DNA of 64,000 nt from Camelus dromedarius (taxonomy: Eukaryota). The notes under the pieces were generated by a model. It had not been told where the DNA came from. It did no database searches and saw only the letters and a program-made list of their open reading frames with translations. The stretch covers positions 45,758,001 to 45,822,000 of the forward strand of contig NC_087437.1 in the NCBI RefSeq assembly GCF_036321535.1. The letters are read 5' to 3'. The translations under genes and the position numbers were made by a program. Positions 1-12,058 of this stretch are shown here, piece after piece (the stretch's first letter is position 1; each line of letters starts with the position of its first letter).

Positions 1-220
1 TTTCTACCAAACGAATCCTAACATATACCTATAGACTTATGTTACAATTCTGGCACTGCCACTTACTGATTTATGAGAACTTAAATCATTTATCCTCTCC
101 AAGTTGAAGCTTGTTTATTGATAAAATAGGGGCAATACTATTTACCTTACAAGTTTGTTTTGTAAATTAAATATTAAAGTTTCATGGACTGTAGTATGCT
201 CTCTGTAAATGGCAGAAGTT

Positions 221-646
221 AGTGGAGACCGATATTTCCAGCTGCCACCCTTCAGATCCACCACAGTGTTCACACTGAGGCCACACTTCCTCCTGGTTGC
301 TCCCAGCCAATGACTGAGCTTGACGGGGACTACTAGAGCCGGGCCACTACTGTTTAATGCAGGAGTCTTCCAATGTGCAGTCTTTGCTCAAGGACTTCCC
401 GTCAGCCTGATCAAAACTTTCTCAGCAATACATTGTGGTCTGAGATTCTTCCCACTGAATCTTTGCTTTCCTCTTTCCCTCCACAAATCCCGAAACTGCA
501 TTATCACCTAAAGGCTCTACCCTCTAACTCCTGTTCTTTCCCCTTTCTGCCTTCACTGGCATCTCCGCCAAACCAAAAAAAATCTCAGTCATATCAACAT
601 CTCAACCATGTTGACATCTGCTGCTCAAAGGATCTGAATTGACACA
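221..646 (+). mobile_element. ERVL-class solo LTR, LTR16-family-like
   Basis: Resembles the LTR16 consensus as recalled (ccacccttcagatccaccac...gctcccagccaatgactgagc...aggacttccc) and ends in ...gacACA; boundaries approximate. Confidence 0.6.
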
Positions 647-689
647 ATGGGACTATGCTGAGGTACTTAAATCTACTGATAAAGCACTA

Positions 690-803
690 TTTTGAGGGGA
701 AGGTAACTAGGTTTATTTATTTTTATTTTTTTTTTAATAGCGGTACTGGGGATTGAACCCATGCTAAGCATGTGCTTTACCACTGGGCAATACCCTCCCT
801 CCT
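690..803 (-). mobile_element. tRNA-derived SINE, camelid Vic-1 type, with a short internal deletion
   Basis: Reverse strand reads GGGAGGGTATTGCCCAGTGGTAAAGC (A-box-like)...GGTTCAATCCCCAGTACC (B box), A-rich tract, then CCTAGTTACCTTCCCCTCAAAA; flanked by perfect TSD TGATAAAGCACTA at 677-689 and 804-816. Confidence 0.8.
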
Positions 804-1436
804 TGATAAAGCACTACTGGTGTTGTAAATACACACCCCATCCTATACCAGAGCAGCCATCCCTAAATGTTCTTGGCTCTCAGTCTCTGGCTGAGCCCAG
901 ACATGATCTCACACTTCTCTTCAAATACACATTAGCCATCAAATGACCTGAGCTGGTATATTTACAGGGTAGATCTGACATTAACTTTTAATTTCTACTA
1001 AGAAACTGATGAAACTTTTGGCCAGGAATGACTAAGGAAAATGTCTCTGCCTTGCTTCCTTTCCAGATCTCTTTCAGCTTTCCTTGTGACATGTCTGTGT
1101 CTTTCACTACAACTTCTTTTGCCCCAGGCCATTATAAACCCCAAACCAGTCTGCTCTAATCAGTACAGTACATTTATTAAACCTTACTGTTTGTGGACTT
1201 TCATTTTTATATGTCATCTAAATTGTAGATCTCAGTGCAACTTCTCCTAACGTCCCATTAAAAATACATATGAAATTACAGAAAAAATTAAAATACCTAA
1301 CACAGAAAATCTAATAATATCAATTTATTGCTAATCTGAAAAGAACTTGTACAAACTGTAAGAGCTATAAAACAATTCAGAATCAAAACTGAAGGGAAAA
1401 TGCATGATTCTATACTGACCCAGAGCATAGCACTCT

Positions 1437-1839
1437 TTTTTTTTTATTGAAGTATAGTCAGTTTACAATGTTGTCAATTTCTAGTGTACAGCATAATGTT
1501 TCAGTCATACACATACATATATTCCTTTTCATATTTTTTCATGATAGGTTACTACAAGATATTGAATATCGTTCCCTGTGCTATACAGTAGCAACTCGTT
1601 TATTTATTTTATATATAGTAGTTAGTATCTGTAAACCTGGAACTCCTAGTTTATTCCTTTCCACCTCTTTTCCCTCTGGTAACCATTAAGTTTGTTTTCT
1701 ATGTCTGTGAGTTTGTTTCTGTTTTGCAAATGAGTTCATTTGTGTCATTTTTTAAGATTACACATATAAGTGAAATCATATGGTATTTTTCTTTCTCTTT
1801 CTGGCTTACGTCACTTAGTATGACAATTTCCAGGTCCAA
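1437..1839 (-). mobile_element. 5'-truncated LINE-1 3' end (end of ORF2 plus 3' UTR)
   Basis: Poly-T then ATTGAAGTATAGTCAGTTTACAATGTTG; homologous to the reverse complement of ~16180-16580; near-perfect TSD CATAGCACTCTT (1426-1437) / CATATCACTCTT (1841-1852). Confidence 0.85.
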
Positions 1840-2828
1840 ACATATCACTCTTGACAAAGGAAGGGAGACACTTTGCGCGCCCCATGGCTCAAAGTCCTAG
1901 GGTCCGAACCACTTGGGTACAATCCCGTGGGTACTGCTTTTGAAGTGGCCGCTATAAAAGCTTCTCCCTTAGTTACTATCTTAGTTAATAACTCCCCTCC
2001 TACATCCATACAAACAGCACAATTCAGAAATCAACATGCATTATCCAAAGACAAATGATGCTATATTGTGTCCTGGAAAGAGAAGCCCCACTGTAGAAAT
2101 AGGAGCAGCACTAGGAAGTGTTCACAGTGGGTTGGTAGCTTTTCATGTCAGGTACTGAGGTAGGAGACCCCATCTCAACCAAAATAGCTGAATAAGTTAA
2201 ATGTCTACCAAACAACATACTTGGGACTGGGAGTGAGCACAGTAATCTACTTTTCAGCCATGGATTTCAGAATATTTAACAAGACTCAACTGGACTAAGA
2301 GTGGGGCCAAGGATGACACACCTTCTCTGTTGGCAAATACTGGGCCTGGGATAGTTTCTTCTGATTTACACATACAGAAACAAAAATCCATAAGAACTAT
2401 AAGGGGAAAAAACACTAGAAATCAATGGAATATTATCCTGGCCAATCAGGGTCAAAAAAAAAAAAGCATTCCTCTGAAAATGACATTCCTGAGAAAATCA
2501 AAGGTAAAATAGTAAAGATTATTGGTATTCTCAACAGAGTATCAAAGTAGATGTACAGTATGAACAATAAACCAAACATGAATAAAGAATAAAATTGGAT
2601 AGAAGGGGAAGTCATAGGATATACTAGACTATAAAAACCTTCACTTAGATTTAAAACACATAAAATGATATTATGCATGGCTATGAATGCTAACATATGT
2701 ATTAAAAGTATAAAAATGTGTATGTCAGTGATATTTGTACCAGCTAAGGGCAGTGATTATCTCAGAGGGGGGAGGATGGAATAACCCATTAGGAATAAGC
2801 AAAAGAGAGCTTCACCTATATCTGGAAT

Positions 2829-2855
2829 TGTGTGTGTGTGTGTGTGTGTGTGTGT
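2829..2855. repeat. (TG)n microsatellite
   Basis: About 13 perfect TG units. Confidence 0.95.
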
Positions 2856-3729
2856 CTCTAGGGAAAATGTTAAATTTTGTTAAACCTTCATGGAGTCTAC
2901 ATGCATGTTCCCTAAATTATCTCCATAATCTTCTGTATATTTGGAATGTTTTTAAACACTTCAATTTCATTATTAAGCAAATTTAAGAATTAAAAAAGCC
3001 AACAAAAGAAACTTAAGGATAGTAAAAGAAAAGATAAAAATAATTAAGACAATATTAGTAAAATTTTTAGAAGTCACAATTGAGTAAATCAAAAAATTAG
3101 TTCTTTGGAAAACAATTTAGATAAACATTTCTCTTAAAATCTAATATTAAAGGAGGAAAAACTATTCAAACTATTAATATGAAAGAATATATAAAAGAAA
3201 TTTAAAATTTGGTTTTTATAATTTTGAAGAAATAAAATCTCAAATTAAATGGATAGTTTTTAAGGAAGTTATCCAAATAGAATCAAAAAGATTGACTCCA
3301 TAAATAATGAAATATGAAATAAACTGAAACTTTTATCAACATAGTACCTCCAAAAAACTCCAGTGTCTAAAGGTTTACCACTGATTTTTTTCATATATTT
3401 AAGAAAGTGGTAATTTCTACATTACTGAATCCTCCCAAAGTCTTAGAAACCTATTTGAGCTACATAATACCCTTTATAAAATTAGCAAAACCCAGATTTT
3501 ATAAACTAGCAAAGAAAAAAATATACCCGCCCTATAAAGCAATTTTATTTGAAAATACAGATGCAAAATTTCTAAATAAAACGCTAGTCTGTTATCTAAC
3601 AGTAAACATAAACTTGGTAATATTGTTCTCTCATAAGAATAAGGATAACTTTATATTATGAAATTTATTAGCATAATATATTAATAGGTTCAATAAGAAA
3701 CTCCAAACAATGGCCCCATACACAAAAAG

Positions 3730-4088
3730 GCAAGGAGGGGCCAAAGAAAGAGGCTGACCATTCCAGATTGGATCGTGGCAGGTTTAATAAGCAAAGGAAC
3801 TTATATGGGAAGCTTGTCTTGGATGCTACAAAACAAGTAGATCTCTGTAACCCTCATCAGAATCTTAAAAGTTGATACAGAGGCCTCAACTGGGCCATGT
3901 GTACTATCTAGATGGTCTCAACACCACATTAACTATCTCAAGACTGTGTCCTTGGGGCTGCATCTGGGAACAACAAAGACAAGAGGAACTTACTTTCCAA
4001 AGGCAGGAGGTGAGGACGGGCTTTTTTGATTGCCTGGGTCCAGCCTGTGGGTCAACCAGTGGCCACATCCTCTCAATGACCTCCAACA
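3730..4088 (-). mobile_element. Solo ERV LTR inserted in the old L1 relic
   Basis: Abrupt compositional switch; resembles a recalled laurasiatherian ERV LTR (GACCATTCCAGATTGG...GCAGGTTTAATAAGCAA...GGTCAACCAG); right edge ...CCAACA; family uncertain. Confidence 0.5.
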
Positions 4089-4429
4089 TGACCCAAGTAA
4101 GTGCTGTTAAGAGACATTCGATATCCAAAATACAATACTGACATAACTTCCTCGTCAAATGTTACAGAAAGATCCATTTTTAAGTTGATAAAGACACTTA
4201 TCTTAAACCAACAGCCATCTACATCCTTAAAATCAGAACAGCACAAAGGGTCCAACTAGCTAATCTGGAAGTTCAGGTCAATGCATTCACACGTGAAACA
4301 GAAACTAGAGTTATTAGTATTAAACAGAAGATAACATGAGAATTTATTAAAATGTCTCTTGGAAAAAATTCTGAGATAGTTATTTTAAAGACAAATGTAC
4401 AAAATCGATTGCTTTTCTTTTCACCAGTG

Positions 4430-4930
4430 AAACTCTATGACTCTGTGCCATTTGGTAGTGTCTGCTTTGACTGGTTTTGGCTAGGGGACTTGCTTTGGCC
4501 AATGTGTCAGTAACAAACTGTACATAATCAGAATCTTGACAAAGTGCTTGCATGTTTCTACTTCTTCTTGTGCGTCCTCTTCTTTACAATGAGTTGGCAG
4601 ACCTCTGTGTTTGCCAGCAAGTAATTGCCCAGCTCTGCTGGTGAAAGACGAAGTTGATGGAGCTAACTCAAGTCAGCCGAGTTGTACCAGCAGAGGCCTC
4701 CCAGATCAGCAGTCACCAGCTGGCTCCTACACATATGAGAGCCACCTAACTTGGCCACCTAACCAACCCACAGCTTACCACAGAACTATGAGTGAATTCA
4801 GCCCAGACCAGACAGATACCCCAGCTGGCCCATCAACTCTCGAGCAAAATAAGTACTTATTATTTTAAGCCACTAGATTATGTGACTGTCTGCTAACCAG
4901 CATTATTATCACAATAGGTAACTGATAAAC
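4430..4930 (+). mobile_element. MaLR LTR (MLT1 family)
   Basis: Typical MLT1 3' end TTATTTTAAGCCACTAGATTATG...CAGCATTATT...AATAGGTAACTGATA. Confidence 0.65.
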
Positions 4931-5567
4931 CAACTACAATGTTGAACCTTTTAAAAAAGCCATTCATAGTCAAGACAGAAATCTGTTTAAATCTACTGAG
5001 CATAAGTCTAAAATTACACATGCCAATCTAACATACAGACACCTCTAAAATCTCACTGAGACGTGCACAAGAAGACTGGAGTAAATAAAGAGACAGTCTC
5101 ATGTTCTTGAATAGAAAGGTCACTACAGCATTTGGACAATCCGGGGCACACTCACCACTAACACACATTAGCAGCAACAGCAGCTGTAGTAGCAATGCAT
5201 TATTAGTAGAGTAGCATCCTTTTTTTGGAGTTCTAAGTACAAATTTTATCATTCCTCTATAATTATTTGATTTTTCCAAATTTTCTGTAATTACCATGAA
5301 CCACGTCTATAATCAGGGTGAATTCATAGAAATGATAATTTTCTTTGAAAATGGACCCTTCATCAACATTTTATTACTCTGTGTAGCAGACCTGTGTTAT
5401 TCTTGGATTTAATTTGATTTGCTCTTTGTAAGTTACCTATAGATGCTTTCACTTGCCCAGGAGTGGTTTGACCTTTTTAAAGGCTGCAGTGAAGCCACGG
5501 AGGTTGAAGGAGGGCAGATTTCACAGGACGAGAACTCTCATGCTGAGGAAAACCTGAAAAATCCCCC

Positions 5568-6100
5568 TGTATCAAGTATTGCTGCATAATCAATCACCTC
5601 TAAAAGTGAATGGCTTAAAAAACAAAAAAAAGATCATTTACTAGCTCACATTCTTTGGGTCAACAGTTTGGGCAGATGTCAGCTGGGATAGCTCAACTCG
5701 GCTCTACCTGGTGTTGGCTGGGCTCCCTCGTGTGATTTTTGTGCTCCACCTGCTGGGCTGGGCACTGGCTCTGTCTGGACCACCTCATTCCTACGGGGAC
5801 AGTTGGTGGGCCTTTCAGAGGAGCACCTCAGCTCTCCCCTGAGCCAGCCAGCTACCTGGGCTTCCTCGATGGAGGATTAGTTCCAAGATGGCAACAACAG
5901 AAACTGCAGGGCTCGGAAAGCCCAGCCCCAGAAATCACACATCACTTCCGCCCCATTCTATGGGTTAAATTAAGCCACAAAGCCCGCCTGGATTCAAGAT
6001 GTGGAGGGGAGAGATTCCACCTCTGCTACAAAGAGCAGCGAAGTCACATTGCAAAGGGGGTGCAGGGAATTGCTGAAGCCAAATTTGCAAACAACTTACC
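5568..6100 (-). mobile_element. MaLR LTR (MLT1 family)
   Basis: TATTGCTGCATAAT...GGCTTAAAAAACAA...CAGCTGGG...TTCCAAGATGGC...CATCACTTCCGCCCCATTCTATGG, diagnostic antisense MLT1 blocks. Confidence 0.7.
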
Positions 6101-6119
6101 ATGTCTCCTTTACTGTGTC

Positions 6120-6390
6120 ATCATTCATTCATTCTTAGGTTAAAAAAAGGTTCTGAATGCCTCCTAAATGCTAAATACTGTTCTAGCCACTGGAGAACAG
6201 CAATGAACAAGATAGACAAAATCCCTGCCCTTGTGGGGGTCACAGCTAGCACGGAAGACAGGCATTGGACAATGATGACACATGCTGTGAGTGCTACAGA
6301 GAAGTACCCATCGAATGGGAGGATAGTGTAGGCTGACCAACCCAGAGGGGAAGGTAGGAGGAGCTGGGATTGGAGAAGGGATGTCAAGGA
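6120..6390 (-). mobile_element. L2 3'-end fragment
   Basis: TCATTCATTCATTC followed by TACTGTTCTAG...CAGCAATGAACAAGATAGACAAAATCCCTGCCC. Confidence 0.7.
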
Positions 6391-7244
6391 AGACTGGTAT
6401 TTCCTGTGTGTAACTTACCAGAGCTTCCCACTTCCTGTATCTGCTTAGTACTCAATGCCTCATTTCACTGTGTCTGTGCTGCACATGTATTTATTTCTCC
6501 CTGGCCAAATAATTGTATGATCACACAGTGAAAATGGAAGAAAACTTGGGGGGAAATATTCCTTTCAAAGAAAGTCTAGGGCAGCTGTAGAGAAATAACT
6601 TTTGTAAAACAGTAATACTTTTTTTATCATGTCAAAATCTTCTCTTAATTTGAGGAATGTATTATTAATTAAGAAAGCTGAGTCTTTCAAGCACATAATT
6701 CTCCCTTTGATCTACAAGCCTCCAGGCTGTGAGTTCCCAGATGCCTGAAGCTGGTTTTGACTACAGTGTTTTCCTAGCAGAGGTATTTTCTGTGGCACAA
6801 AGTGAGATCACATTTGTGCATTTTGTTGGAAGATATGAATCGATAAGCTGAGACACCAGAGCTGGAAAACCTGGAGTGCGGGAGGGAGCTGACTTATTAA
6901 TCTATATCTAGCACACTGAGAAGGAGATGGGAGTTTTGATGGCTGTTCAAAGAGTATTCGAGATGAAGAGTCCTGTGGGAGAAGAGACGGAACACAAGAG
7001 CACGTGGAAGGTTTGTCACACAGCTGCGTGAAAGCTCTCCATCAAGGTGCTACTCTTCCCAGCAGGTTTGTTGGAAACGCGCTTCTTGTGTTTAGTTCAA
7101 AGTGTCCTATGATAGGTCTGTGAGGTGGACACTCCTGGGCGCGTGGTGCACACTGTCCAAGAAAAGAGCAAGTAGCCGTAAGCTCTCTCCACAAGACGTG
7201 TGGTCAGAGTTCAGAGTGCTGCGAATACTAAGGATAATTTAACC

Positions 7245-7580
7245 AATGAGTCAACAGATATTTGTGAACCCCTATTATGCACTAGACACCACGTCAGGTT
7301 CAGGGCTGTAATGTCCAGTAAGACAGACATCATCCCTGCCTGTATGGAGATTAGCGTCTGCTAAGGAAGATGGATGGTGATCAGGCAAATCTCCTACCAC
7401 ATGCAAAGAACTGTGATAGGGAAATACAGAAAACTCTGGAAACACGGGAGGGGAGCAGGCAACTCAGACTTGCAGACTTCCTGAGAGAAGTGACGCCTAA
7501 GCTGGGGACTGAAAAACAGACGTGCAGCGTTTACTCAGGAGAGGAAGAGGACTTCTGGTTAAAGTGGGCAAACTCACTAA
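7245..7580 (-). mobile_element. L2 3'-end fragment
   Basis: CAACAGATATTTGTGAACCCCTATTATGC...TAAGACAGACATCATCCCTGCC. Confidence 0.55.
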
Positions 7581-8489
7581 AGTGAAAGTAAAAAGTCTTT
7601 AAATAAAAGACAGACACATAAGCCTACAAGGGCCAAGAGAACAGGCAAGAAGACACCAACAAGAAATTTTGAAATGTGGAAAGCAGACTGCCAAGTGGAA
7701 AATGACTTAGCTGAATGGAGAAAACTGACTCTCAACTAACAGATGGAAAAACCAAGAAGCAACACCATTTACGCCACAGAACCCCTGGAAGGCTCCTGAA
7801 TCTGTGCTACTAGGTACCTTGGGAAGCAGGGGTGAAGACGGCTTTAGAACAAGTGCACTGACTGAACCTCAGCCACCAGAGGACTCGGTCCCCTCCTCCA
7901 CTCTGCCTCGCCTGGCACCTGCCCAGCACCTGCCCTGGCAAGACACTCACAGTTTTTCCTTTGTAAAAAGTAAAACACGTCTCTGGGGTGAAGACACATG
8001 TTACAGCCCCAGGCAGAGACACATTCCTGCAAACAGTCTCTGGCTCATTGCTGGGAGACCCACCCTTCTTGAACTATCTAGCATCCTAAGCACGTATTTA
8101 CACTTTCTATGACTGAAAGACTCTGTTCTAAGGACTCTCAACAACTGAAGAAGAATGACAAAAGTGCCAGTCACTGGGGTTCCCTAATCAAGTGGCATGA
8201 CAAGTTGACCCCACAGTGAAGACCACAGTCAACAGGCACTCCCCACCCGCCCCTACACACACACAGCCTCCAAATAGGTTTTCCGTGCTGCCTCTTAACT
8301 AGGAACAGTCAGGGATTCGCAGACACTGCAGGAAATCACCTAAAATGGAAAGCAGGTATCTATTCTAAAGCGGACAAATCAATCAAAAAAGCAAACTGGA
8401 AGACACAGAGGCTGCAAGGAGAGAAGGAATCAACTTTACCAAAAAATATCCTCAGCAAAATAAGAGAAAATAAGAAATAATAGAGCACA

Positions 8490-9250
8490 CCATCTCTTCG
8501 TTTGCTCAAACCAAAGTCTTTGGGGCCACCTTTGACTCCTCTCTTTCTCACGCACTCACTCCAGTATCCCATCTGTCAGCAAATCTTATGGCTCTGCCTT
8601 CAAAACCTACACAGTACTTAACCACTTCTCATCTCATTTATTACCACTGCCCAAGCGAGATGCATTCTCACCTGGATTACTAATGGTTCTCCTTGCTTCT
8701 CTCCTTGTCCTAACACACAGCACCCAGAGTGATCCTCTTAAAATGTAAATTAGATCCTGTCACTCTCTCAACCCAAAACCCACATCAGCTTCTGCTTCCA
8801 GTCAGAGTAAAAGCCAAAGTGCTTTCAGGAGCTTAAGGAGCCCCAGGTAATCTGGACCCCACACACACACCAGCCCTACCTACCCCTAGGACTGCTGCCT
8901 CCGACTCCCCCCACACTGACTTCCTTTGCTCTGCTCCAACCCACCAGGCACATGCTGCCTCAGGGACTTGGCTCTGCTCTTCCCTGACTCAGAACACTGT
9001 TCCTCCAGAAAACCTTTGGATAGATAACTCCATCATGTTCAAGTTTTGCTAAAAAGTCACTTTTTCCACGAGACCTCCACTATCTCACTCTCCCATGTTT
9101 CTAGTCCCCCTTACTCTTCTATACTTACAAATACTACATTCTAACTTACATGTATGGTCCATCACTCTCCACTAGGATGTGGGTTCTTCAAGGGTAGGGA
9201 TCTTTATTTTGCTAGATGATGTATTCCAAGGATGTGAACAGTGAGTGCAA
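8490..9250 (+). mobile_element. L2 fragment
   Basis: CTTTGACTCCTCTCTTTCTCAC...CAGCAAATCTTATGGCTCTGCCTTCAAAA...CCAGAGTGATCCTCTTAAAATGTAAATTAGATC. Confidence 0.7.
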
Positions 9251-9486
9251 ATAGTAGACTGTATTAGTTTCCTAGGGAGACCATAACAAAGCTGGGTGGC
9301 TAAAACATCAGGGCTAGTTACCAAGGCACGTTCAAGAATAAGAAGTAAGTTCAGGAGCTTGGAGTGCAGTGTGCAAGTGGTGACCATTAATGGTGAGAGA
9401 TGAGATGCAGTTTGGCAGCAAACAAAACATGCAGGGTTTTGTGAGCTATAAAAAGAGACTCTGACTGTATCTTAAGAGCAGCAAGG

Positions 9487-11154
9487 GGTCAAGGAAGATG
9501 GTGGAGTAGAAGGACGCTCGCAGGTCACCCTCTCCCACAAATACACCAAGACCCACATCTACAGACCCACTCAGCCAACCAGAGCACCTGGGGAACTCCG
9601 ACAGAACATCGCCCTCTTCAAAAGATAAAGACGCCAAAAATCTGGTAGGAAAAAAGGAAAAAAGAAAGAACAAAAGGCACAGCAGAGCGGGACGGCTCCC
9701 GCCGGGAGGGAGCGGCAAAGGAGGACTGGCACTCGCTCGCTGGGTCTCCCCTCTCCAACTGAGAGGCCAGCGGGACGGAGGGGGAGCCTCCGAGGCTCGG
9801 ACTGTACAAAGCAGCCCTTCACTAACAGAATTAAGTTAAACGGGCACAGAGCGTCCCCCCGACACCCAGCCTGAGACGCGGGCCGGCAGCCGCGGGCACG
9901 GCCAGGCTGCACAAGCCGGGCAGAGGACGGAAGTGGCTGCACGGAGGCAGCCCCGGGGGAACGCAAGGGGCTGCGCGCCGTGGCTGTGGGTGCACAGGGC
10001 AGAACAACCTGGGCCCTCCATAAAACAGCAAGGTTGATGTGCTCTCGGGGGAAGGGTGCACACCCCCATCTCTGAAAACCCGCGGAAAGTTTTCGGGGGA
10101 AGAGAGGCGGGGCTCAGGCACAGCCGCCATATCCTCCGCGCTTAGCACTCAGGCGGGGGCGGGGGCGAAACCTGCATCCGCACCGAAGGGCTTAGCAGCC
10201 TCAAAGGCCAGACTGAGACTGGCCTGCAGCCCGGGGCAGATAGGATCCTTCCATCCTGGTCCCTCAGAGAACTTGCTCCACAAAGACAAACCCGGAGCTG
10301 GGTTTTGGCTCGGAGCAGGGACAGGGCTGTCACTCGGTCTTCCCCGAGCGCACCTGCGGAGCGCCGACCAGGGCGGAGCGCGCAGCCGCACAGAGAGCGG
10401 AGCAACCAGCGGCACAGGTAGAGGGAGAGCAGCCCCCCCGCCTTTCGGGCAGGAACACAGCCCCTGACCGAGGTGCTGGGAGGGGGCACGACCCGCCCTC
10501 CTACCCGGCCAGTCTGCAACATCTGACTGCGGCATCCGGAGGGGCAGCGACCCGCCCGCACACAGCAGAGAGCTGCACCTGACCCAGTGTTAGGAGGAGG
10601 CGTGATCGGCTTGCCGACAGCTGCTGGGAGCAGCACAGAAGAGGGCGCCAACGGAGGGCCTCTGAAAACAGCAAGCTGAGCTTCCAAAACAGGACAAAGA
10701 CAGAAAGACTAAACATTAAAAGCACACAGACTCCAGGAGAACACCGACAACCCCCCCTTTTTTTTTTTAAATCTGTTTTTACCTGTTCTATTTTCTATTA
10801 CTCTCTTAATCTTTACTTCTTAATTCATTTCTATTTCTCTTTGGTTTTGATGTCCTGCTATTGATTAGACACAGGTTTCAAATACATCTATTCATCTCCC
10901 CCCCCCCTTTTTTTGTAAAGGTTTTAAAAGGACGTCTCAACCCGATTAATACTCTGCTTCAACTCACTCTTCTATTATTCATTATACACTGTTTTCAAAC
11001 CCTCTTTCTCCCTTCTTTTAAAATTCTTTCTCTCTCTCTCATTTTTTTTTTCTTTTTTTCCTAAGTTCTATTCCTAAATAGGCATCAGATAGATAAAATC
11101 CTTAAGGACCAAAATAAACAACTGATACTCCATAAACCACAGTGCCAAAGAGGT
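9487..11154 (+). promoter_or_regulatory. L1 5' UTR / internal Pol II promoter with CpG-island-like core (~9680-10660)
   Basis: YY1-site-like AAGATGGTGG (9495-9504), dense CpG, tandem GC boxes GGCGGGGGCGGGGGCG (10152-10167), pyrimidine-rich distal part (10750-11065). Confidence 0.8.
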
Positions 11155-12058
11155 ATGAGCAAGATGAAGAAGCAGAAAAACCTTTCCCAATTAAAAGAAC
11201 AAGAGAAATCCCCTGAAAGAAAGATCAACGAAATAGACATCGATAGCCTACTAGATCAAGATTTCAAAAAAGGAGTGATCGAATTGCTGAAGGAATTAAA
11301 AGAGATAGTGTTTAGAGATATAAAATATGTTAAAAATGAAATTGAAGCTATAAAGAAGAGCCAACTAGAATGGGTAAACTCATTGACAGAGATGAGGAAT
11401 GATCTAATAGCTGTGCAAAGCCGACTAGATAATGCAGAGGAACGAATTAGTGATCTAGAAGACAGGGCAATAGAAAGCTCCCATTCAGAAGAACTACAAG
11501 AGAAGCAAATAAAAAATAATGAAAATAGCATAAGGGATCTATGGGATAATATAAAGCATCCCAATCTTCGCATAATAGGGGTCCCTGAAGAAGAACAAAG
11601 ATCAAAGGGGATTGAAAAGGTTTTTGAAGAAATCATGACTGAAAACTTCCCAAACTTAAAGAAGGAATCAGATATCCAAGTACAGGAAGCTCAGAGGGTC
11701 CCAAACAGGAAGAAGCCAAATAGACCCACACCAAGACATATCATAATCAAGATGGCCAGAGTCAAGGATAAAGAAATGATTCTAAAGGCAGCAAGAGAAA
11801 AGCAAAGAGTAAGTTACAAGGGAACCCCCAAAAGGCTCTCAGCTGATTTCTCTACACAAACACTACAGGCCAGAAGGGAGTGGCAAGATATATTCAAAGC
11901 CCTGAATGAAAAAAAGATGCAGCCTAGGATCCTTTATCCAGCAAGGCTATCCTTGAGGATAGAAGGAGAAATAAAGACTTTCACAGACAAAAAAAAGGCT
12001 GCAGGAGTTTAGCAACACTAAACCCATACTAAAAGAAATATTGAAAGGGCTATTCTAA
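11155..12058 (+). pseudogene. L1 ORF1p (coiled coil-RRM-CTD RNA-binding protein), +1 frameshift near the C-terminus
   Basis: Motifs WDNIKHPNLRIIGVPE, TPRHIIIK, ARREW, YPARLS; an extra base at ~11989-11998 diverts to a stop at 12012; removing it restores ...LQEFSNTKPILKEILKGLF* (300 aa, TAA 12056-12058). Confidence 0.93.

Larger units (their letters stand above)
2990..5140 (+). mobile_element. Highly decayed ancient L1 (L1M-type) ORF2 relic, interrupted by two LTR insertions
   Basis: A-rich and colinear with ORF2 landmarks: AATACAGATGCAAAATTTCTAAATAAAAC (N-T-D-A-K-F-L-N-K in ORF 3407-3661, cf. NIDAKIL), ACAAAATCGATTGCTTTTCT (~4400), CATGTTCTTGAATAGAAAGG (~5100). Confidence 0.6.

Noticed and set aside
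735..800. Possible tRNA gene (A and B boxes)
   Set aside because: A-rich tail and TSD show it is a SINE; the deletion precludes a cloverleaf
5739..6143. 134-aa ORF
   Set aside because: Almost entirely within an MLT1 LTR
11025..11065. Long pyrimidine tract ending TAAG as a splice acceptor before ORF1
   Set aside because: AAG acceptors are uncommon and T-rich 5' UTR segments are a usual feature of laurasiatherian L1s; no independent support
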